From positions 1,103 through 65,102 of the forward strand of contig CBDTUI010000003.1 in NCBI GenBank assembly GCA_965363765.1: a stretch of 64,000 nt of DNA, in the 5' to 3' direction. The stretch is from an uncultured Acidimicrobiia bacterium. Lineage in GTDB: Bacteria > Actinomycetota > Acidimicrobiia > Spongiisociales > JAENVV01. This document shows positions 59,050-64,000 of this stretch, piece after piece (the first letter of the stretch is position 1; each line of letters begins with the position of its first letter). A program made the translations under genes and the position numbers. The notes beneath the pieces are model-generated. The model searched no databases, was not told the DNA's origin, and saw nothing but the letters and a program-made list of their open reading frames with translations.

Positions 59050-59790
59050 GTGGCCCGGTCAGTGTTGCTCACTTCGCTACCGCGGAGCGGGTCGAGTTGG
59101 GCAGGGTGGGTCCTCGGCCAGGCCGAAGGCGTTTCCTACGAGCGGGAGCCCATCACCCAGGGCCTCCTCGCCCTCGACGTTGACCCTTTCAGCGTTCGGA
59201 CTGCAACCAACCGGTCATTTTTAGACCTGGTCGCCAAGCTGGCTGAGCGTCCCGACCGGATGGTGATCAAAGAAGTCAACCCTCTGCTGGCTCTTCCGAT
59301 AGCTGATTCCCTTGATGCCATCGTGATCTTGTTGGAGCGTCATCCCGTAGCGGTATGTCGGTCTCACATTGAACTCGGGTGGACCTGGGGGCCGGACACA
59401 GTGATCTCTGACCGCTTCCCGGAGTCCCCTGAGCGCGATGTCCTGGCTTCCTTAGAAGGCAGCAGTCCTTCGTTCTGGCTATGGCATGGCGCCTACCAGG
59501 CGGCGGTCGCCAAGACCGTACGGATTATGTGTGAGGGGTCGCTCGTGACTGTTCGGTATGAGGATCTGGTCGCCAACCCGAAGCAGGAGTTTCCCAGAAT
59601 CGCCGAGCGGGTGAACCTGTCGTGGAGCGGAGGCGTACCACAGCCGGAGGGACGGCCCACGAGGAGCCCGTTCTCGTTGGTGAGGAGACCTGCCGTTCGG
59701 GGGTGGTCGGGCGGCGTCGAGGACTATCAGATAGACGATTGTCGGTCAGGTTGGGAGTTGATTGACGGGGCGCCGGACTTCGATTGGTGA
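59050..59790 (+). CDS. Sulfotransferase family protein (PAPS-dependent, Stf-like)
   Basis: It carries a 5'-PSB-like loop LPRSGSSW near the N-terminus and a conserved …VRYEDLVANPKQEFPRIAERVNL… region typical of bacterial Stf sulfotransferases. Confidence 0.6.
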   Translation: MARSVLLTSLPRSGSSWAGWVLGQAEGVSYEREPITQGLLALDVDPFSVRTATNRSFLDLVAKLAERPDRMVIKEVNPLLALPIADSLDAIVILLERHPVAVCRSHIELGWTWGPDTVISDRFPESPERDVLASLEGSSPSFWLWHGAYQAAVAKTVRIMCEGSLVTVRYEDLVANPKQEFPRIAERVNLSWSGGVPQPEGRPTRSPFSLVRRPAVRGWSGGVEDYQIDDCRSGWELIDGAPDFDW

Positions 59791-59891
59791 GGCAATTTCG
59801 ATTGCTCTCGACGCTCAAATACCGAGCCGCAGGTCGGACTGATGCAGACCGGGTGGGCTAGGCTCGTGGAGGATTTACGAGGAGAGGTTCG

Positions 59892-61262
59892 ATCGTCAAA
59901 CGCATCGTTGTTGTAGCAAATAGGCTTCCCGTTGCCTGGGACGGCGACGAGTGGACGATCAGTCCCGGCGGGCTCGTACGAGCACTTCGGCCAGTGCTCC
60001 AGAATGCCGAGGGTGCCTGGGTTGGGTGGCCCGGGATCCCTGACGCTGACCCTGAACCGTTTGATCACGACGGTATCGACCAGAGACCTGTCTCTCTTAG
60101 TCAGGAGGAGGTCGACGACTTCTATTATGGGTTCTGCAACGCGACCCTGTGGCCGCTATACCACGACGCCATCGTGGCTCCCGAGTTCGATCGCCGAAAC
60201 TGGCAGTCGTATATTGCGGTGAACGAGAAATACGCCGAAACCACGGCCGCCGTGGCTGGCGTCGGTGACATTGTTTGGGTACAGGACTATCAGCTACAAC
60301 TCGTCCCTTCCATTCTTCGTGCGATGATCCCAGACGCCACGATCGGGTTCTATCTACACATTCCGTTTCCTCCCATCGAAGTGTTTGCCCGCCTTCCGTG
60401 GCGCCGCCAAATTATCGAGGGCCTGTTGGGTGCCGACGTGATTGCCTTTCAAACCCGCCAAAGCGCAGACAACTTTGCGCGCGCGGCTCGGCGCTTCGCC
60501 GGCGCCGAATCCGTGGGAAAGCGCGATCTTTTGTGGGGGGATAGGGCGGTGCATCTACAAGCTGCCCCGATCGCCATCGATACTGCCGAGTTCGAACAAC
60601 TGGCGAGTTCGCTGGCTGTTCAAGAGCGCGCATCGCAGATTCGATCTGAGCTCGGAGATCCTGAGCATGTGATTCTGGGGATGGACCGACTCGATTACAC
60701 AAAGGGAATCGACCTGCGTCTTGAGGCATTCGAGAGCCTGCTCGAGAGTGCACCGCGCGATCGCCACAAGTACGCATTCGTGCAGGTGGCGGTTCCGAGT
60801 CGTGAACAGGTGCCTGCCTACCAGCAGCTTCGTGTCGACATCGAGCAGATCGTGGGTCGGATCAACGGTGCCTATGGGGAACCGGGATGGGCACCTGTGT
60901 CATATCTGTACCGCACTTTTCCGTTGGAAGAGGTCATCGCCTACTACGTCGCCGCTGACGTCATGCTGGTGACGCCGCTGCGCGATGGCATGAATCTTGT
61001 TGCAAAGGAGTATGCCGCCAGTCGGATCGCCGGCGATGGTGTCCTGGTTCTCAGCGAGTTCGCTGGCGCCGCCGAGCAACTCCGCGCTGCCCTGATCGTG
61101 AATCCATATGACATCGATGCTGTCGCTCAGACGCTGTCTTTTGCAACGACGATGCCCATCACCGAGCAACGCCAACGTATGCGCAAGCTCCGAAGTGCGG
61201 TCAGCAAAGCCGATGTCTTCGAGTGGGCTCGTGATTGCCTCGCCACTCTGGAGGTCCGTTGA
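59892..61262 (+). CDS. otsA: Alpha,alpha-trehalose-phosphate synthase (UDP-forming)
   Basis: GT20 motifs are present (…IVVVANRLP…, [20 protein letters not shown], …[17 protein letters not shown]…). The annotated ATG (59994) removes the conserved N-terminus; the frame is open from 59862 and encodes …[22 protein letters not shown]…. No ATG, GTG or TTG is in frame there; an ATC codon at 59892 follows GGAGAGG, so the start is uncertain. Confidence 0.8.
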   Translation: MVKRIVVVANRLPVAWDGDEWTISPGGLVRALRPVLQNAEGAWVGWPGIPDADPEPFDHDGIDQRPVSLSQEEVDDFYYGFCNATLWPLYHDAIVAPEFDRRNWQSYIAVNEKYAETTAAVAGVGDIVWVQDYQLQLVPSILRAMIPDATIGFYLHIPFPPIEVFARLPWRRQIIEGLLGADVIAFQTRQSADNFARAARRFAGAESVGKRDLLWGDRAVHLQAAPIAIDTAEFEQLASSLAVQERASQIRSELGDPEHVILGMDRLDYTKGIDLRLEAFESLLESAPRDRHKYAFVQVAVPSREQVPAYQQLRVDIEQIVGRINGAYGEPGWAPVSYLYRTFPLEEVIAYYVAADVMLVTPLRDGMNLVAKEYAASRIAGDGVLVLSEFAGAAEQLRAALIVNPYDIDAVAQTLSFATTMPITEQRQRMRKLRSAVSKADVFEWARDCLATLEVR

Positions 61263-61999
61263 TAGACGAGAGCCTCGTCGGTGCCCTACGAAGGGTTGCG
61301 CACCATCGGCGGCTGCTTATCGCCTGTGACTACGACGGCACGTTGTCTCCCATCGTCGATGATCCATCGGCGGCCTTGCCCCATGCCCCGGCAGTCACTG
61401 CCCTCGTTGCCATGTCCGATTTTGCCAACGTCGGGACGGTCGTCATTTCTGGACGCTCAGCCGAAACGTTGGCGTCCCTGGTCGAGACTCCGGCAAGGGT
61501 GACCTTGATCGGCGATCACGGTGCCCGGATCTCGGCAGTAGACCCGGATGCTTCTTCGACCGTCGAGGCGGTATCCGCGGCTCTAGCCACTGCCGCCGAG
61601 AAGTTCGACGGCGCCATGGTCGAATCGAAATCGTTGGGCGGCGCATTCCATTACCGACACGCCCTAGATCCGGAAGGGGCGGCCGAAGCGGCGCGTGCCA
61701 TCGGTATCCGGTTCGGGGCACGGGTCATCGAGGGCAAACAGGTCGTCGAGGTTTTGGTCGGCGATGGAGATAAGGGTGCCGCGATCAGTGACTTGCGAGC
61801 TGAGGGTCAATATGACTGTGTCGTATTCTTCGGAGATGACGTAACTGATGAGGATGCCTTTGCAGCACTCGAAGACGACGATGTGGGCGTCAAAGTCGGA
61901 AGCGGGGCAACCGCCGCCCGTTACCGGGTGGCCAATCCGGTCGAGGTCGGCGAGGCCCTCGAGATACTTTGCTCAGAACTCCGCAGCACCCGCAGTTGA
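61259..61999 (+). CDS. otsB: Trehalose-6-phosphate phosphatase
   Basis: It has the HAD-superfamily motif I (LLIACDYDGTL) and the C-terminal …VFFGDDVTDEDAF… motif. It overlaps the otsA stop. Confidence 0.85.
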   Translation: MIDESLVGALRRVAHHRRLLIACDYDGTLSPIVDDPSAALPHAPAVTALVAMSDFANVGTVVISGRSAETLASLVETPARVTLIGDHGARISAVDPDASSTVEAVSAALATAAEKFDGAMVESKSLGGAFHYRHALDPEGAAEAARAIGIRFGARVIEGKQVVEVLVGDGDKGAAISDLRAEGQYDCVVFFGDDVTDEDAFAALEDDDVGVKVGSGATAARYRVANPVEVGEALEILCSELRSTRS

Positions 62000-62009
62000 A
62001 GCCTGCTGA

Positions 62010-64000
62010 CTACTGAAGTAGCCGACGAAGCCCGGAAAGCGGGATACTGACCCAATCGGGTCGATTGGCGAGGTCCCAGTGCACCTCGCGAAGCGCTCTT
62101 GAGACCATAAACGCGTTGAGCAGGTTGTGGGTCCCGGTGGGCGAGTCGGGAATGAGGGCAGAATCTGCAAGATCGGTCAAGTAGCTCATCAAGAACGTCT
62201 GTCCGATCTGGCGGGTCCATATTGCTGCCCAAGCGTGCTCGCCGGGTGACCTTCCGAGTAACGGAGCAGAAGCTACATAATCGAAGGATCGCAGCATCTG
62301 TGCAACGTCGCTCAAACCCGACCCTCGGAGGCGTCGTTCGGTCATGGGCCGGGAATGATCACCAGAGAAGTCCTCGATGACGAATTCGTCATCGACGATG
62401 TAGATCTCGTCTAGTCGGTAGTCACCATGGAGTCGGATCCGTGAACCCATGATTCGGTGTCGTCTGACTGCGTCGAGGCGTTGAAGACAGTCGGTTTCCG
62501 ATGCAATGAGTTCTGTGAGCGCTGCCGAGACGTCCGATGGGGCCGAGTCGGCCAGCCGACGAAGTGCGCGGAAGTCCCGACGGACCCCGGAGCGCAACGA
62601 TTGATACAGCGAGTGTTGGTAATGCTGCGTGAAAGGTTGTGGGCTGAGGTCAGGGTCTTCGCTGAAGGACCCGAATGCGAGATGGAGACGTGCCGTCGTT
62701 GATCCGAGCTGGGAGGCAAGATCGACGGCCGATTGGAGAATGTCTTGGCCAGGCAGGGGGAACTTCAGCTCGTCGAAATAGTCCGATGCCCTACCTGGTA
62801 CATCGGGGGCTACGTGCCCTGTGACGGTCTCGAGCCAAGCTTGGCTGAGACTCCCGAACCTGTCCCAGGCACTGGTAGCTCCAGCGAAGGATTGCTGCAT
62901 GATCCCGACTGTGTAGCTGTCGCCGGACTGATATTCGAGCGCTCCGTACGTCTCGGCCACGTTCTCGAAGGCGGTGTGTTCGGTGAGAAAACGACGTAAC
63001 TCGAGATCTGGATTGGTGCCGGGCTCAACGCGTCGGAAGATCTTGACGGTTATGCCATCCCCATAATCGAGGTAGGTCTCGCCCCGATCGTTGGTTTGCA
63101 CCGTTGACCCGACTAGTCGATCTGGCGTTCTGTTGACGGCTTCGAGTCCCGCGGAACAGGTCATGGACCCGGACGCCCCGAGCAGCGTTTCACCCGCAAG
63201 GGCTGTCTCGAGAAGCCTGGCGCGAAATCGCTCATCGGAGAATCCGTCATACATGACCCCGTCGACTCCGTCGCGACGGACCCTGACTATCACCGACGAG
63301 TCAGTGATAGGAGCGGCCGGTTCGAACGAGATCGCCACCGGGACGACGTACAGATCGCCCACGCCAGCCTGGTGCGCAACATTGACAAACGCCAGCCACA
63401 TGCTGGGATCTTGCTCGCCCACCGACAGTGGGATCAACTCGAGCACGTTCGTGTGCGAACGGCGAGCCGAGGTGCCCAGGTACCACTTCTGGCCCGCCAC
63501 ATATCGTCCGAGTGCCTCGGCGAGGGCGTCGTCGCTGGAAAAGGCCGCTTCGAGCGGACCCGAGATCTCCACGATGTCGGCCACATCAGACAGGGGAGCC
63601 CCGAGACCATCGATCGAGAACCAATAGAAGCCGAACGGACCGACGGTCAGGAGATATGGGTTGGTACCGATTTCGGGAAATTCTGTCCGTCCGAGCATCT
63701 CGATCGGGTGATGCCCGGCGAACCGGCTGAGGTCTAGTTCTACGAACTGGGAGTGGCGGGTGAGGTTGGCAACCACGAGAATCGTTTCGTGTTCATCAGC
63801 TCGTAGGTAGGCAAAGACATGTTCGTTTTCCGGTGACAGGAACTCGATTGCGCCGCGCCCGAACACGGGATGACGCTGGCGCAGGCGAATCATGTTGCGG
63901 ACCCACCAGAGCATGGAATTTGGGTTGGCTTGCTGGGCTTCAACGTTGACGGTTTCGTAGTGAAACTGCGGGTCGACCACCACCGGTAGGTAGAGCGACT
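62010..64000 (-). CDS. treS: Trehalose synthase C-terminal region fused to maltokinase (TreS–Mak/Pep2); the 5' end lies outside the window
   Basis: The reading frame is open to the window edge. The N-terminal visible part (…FHYETVNVEAQQANPNSMLWWVRNMIRLRQRHPVFGRG…VVANLTRH…) is the TreS C-domain. It is followed by a ~450-aa maltokinase/aminoglycoside-phosphotransferase-like domain (…HGDYRLDEIYIVDDEFVIEDF…). Confidence 0.78.
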   Translation of the reverse strand, partial: SLYLPVVVDPQFHYETVNVEAQQANPNSMLWWVRNMIRLRQRHPVFGRGAIEFLSPENEHVFAYLRADEHETILVVANLTRHSQFVELDLSRFAGHHPIEMLGRTEFPEIGTNPYLLTVGPFGFYWFSIDGLGAPLSDVADIVEISGPLEAAFSSDDALAEALGRYVAGQKWYLGTSARRSHTNVLELIPLSVGEQDPSMWLAFVNVAHQAGVGDLYVVPVAISFEPAAPITDSSVIVRVRRDGVDGVMYDGFSDERFRARLLETALAGETLLGASGSMTCSAGLEAVNRTPDRLVGSTVQTNDRGETYLDYGDGITVKIFRRVEPGTNPDLELRRFLTEHTAFENVAETYGALEYQSGDSYTVGIMQQSFAGATSAWDRFGSLSQAWLETVTGHVAPDVPGRASDYFDELKFPLPGQDILQSAVDLASQLGSTTARLHLAFGSFSEDPDLSPQPFTQHYQHSLYQSLRSGVRRDFRALRRLADSAPSDVSAALTELIASETDCLQRLDAVRRHRIMGSRIRLHGDYRLDEIYIVDDEFVIEDFSGDHSRPMTERRLRGSGLSDVAQMLRSFDYVASAPLLGRSPGEHAWAAIWTRQIGQTFLMSYLTDLADSALIPDSPTGTHNLLNAFMVSRALREVHWDLANRPDWVSIPLSGLRRLLQ

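Overview
This window is a high-GC chromosomal core region of an actinobacterium, with no mobile elements or CRISPR arrays. The gene order mfd–mazG–eno–ftsB–DUF501–ppx is typical of Actinobacteria, possibly an Acidimicrobiia-like lineage. Coding is dense, with about 60 genes on both strands, assigned from motifs read directly in the supplied translations.

Recognisable genes, in order along the window:
- groEL 3' end, Lrp/AsnC regulator, GNAT acetyltransferase, NUDIX hydrolase, a lipoprotein, citramalate/2-isopropylmalate synthase family (cimA-type), TetR regulator.
- aceE, trpS, CPBP protease, guaB3-like and guaA.
- A CheA-CheY hybrid kinase, a REC-GAF response regulator and a small membrane histidine kinase.
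- pcrA, an orphan B12-binding domain protein, L25/Ctc, pth, glpK, glpD, pgsA.
- An SDR epimerase, a thioesterase, mfd, a parvulin PPIase lipoprotein, YabN-like MazG, eno, ftsB-like, DUF501, ppx.
- tRNA-Leu(TAA), DUF1697, a lipoprotein, aceK, two alpha/beta hydrolases, a class II CPD photolyase, PolX.
- A Pat-like GNAT–NDP-forming acyl-CoA synthetase protein acetyltransferase, whiB.
- A DosS/DosR-like GAF kinase and LuxR regulator with USP and CBS-BON genes, DUF3105.
- A menaquinone cluster (menF, menD, menH, menA, menB, menE) followed by arfB and a sulfotransferase, then otsA, otsB and a partial treS–maltokinase fusion.

Non-obvious signals worth a second look:
1. An Ile/Val-rich leader peptide plus intrinsic terminator immediately upstream of the cimA-type synthase, a candidate isoleucine attenuator.
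2. A small upstream ORF with tandem Trp codons plus a terminator-like hairpin in front of trpS.
3. An orphan CheA-CheY hybrid translationally coupled to a REC-GAF protein and followed by a sensorless membrane histidine kinase, with no MCP, CheW, CheR or CheB nearby.
4. An AceK isocitrate dehydrogenase kinase/phosphatase, unusual outside Proteobacteria, close to a protein lysine acetyltransferase.
5. A sulfotransferase embedded at the end of the men cluster.
6. A DosRS-like dormancy module.
7. Several operator-like palindromes and a 14-bp tandem repeat.

All coordinates derived by hand may be off by 1–3 nt.
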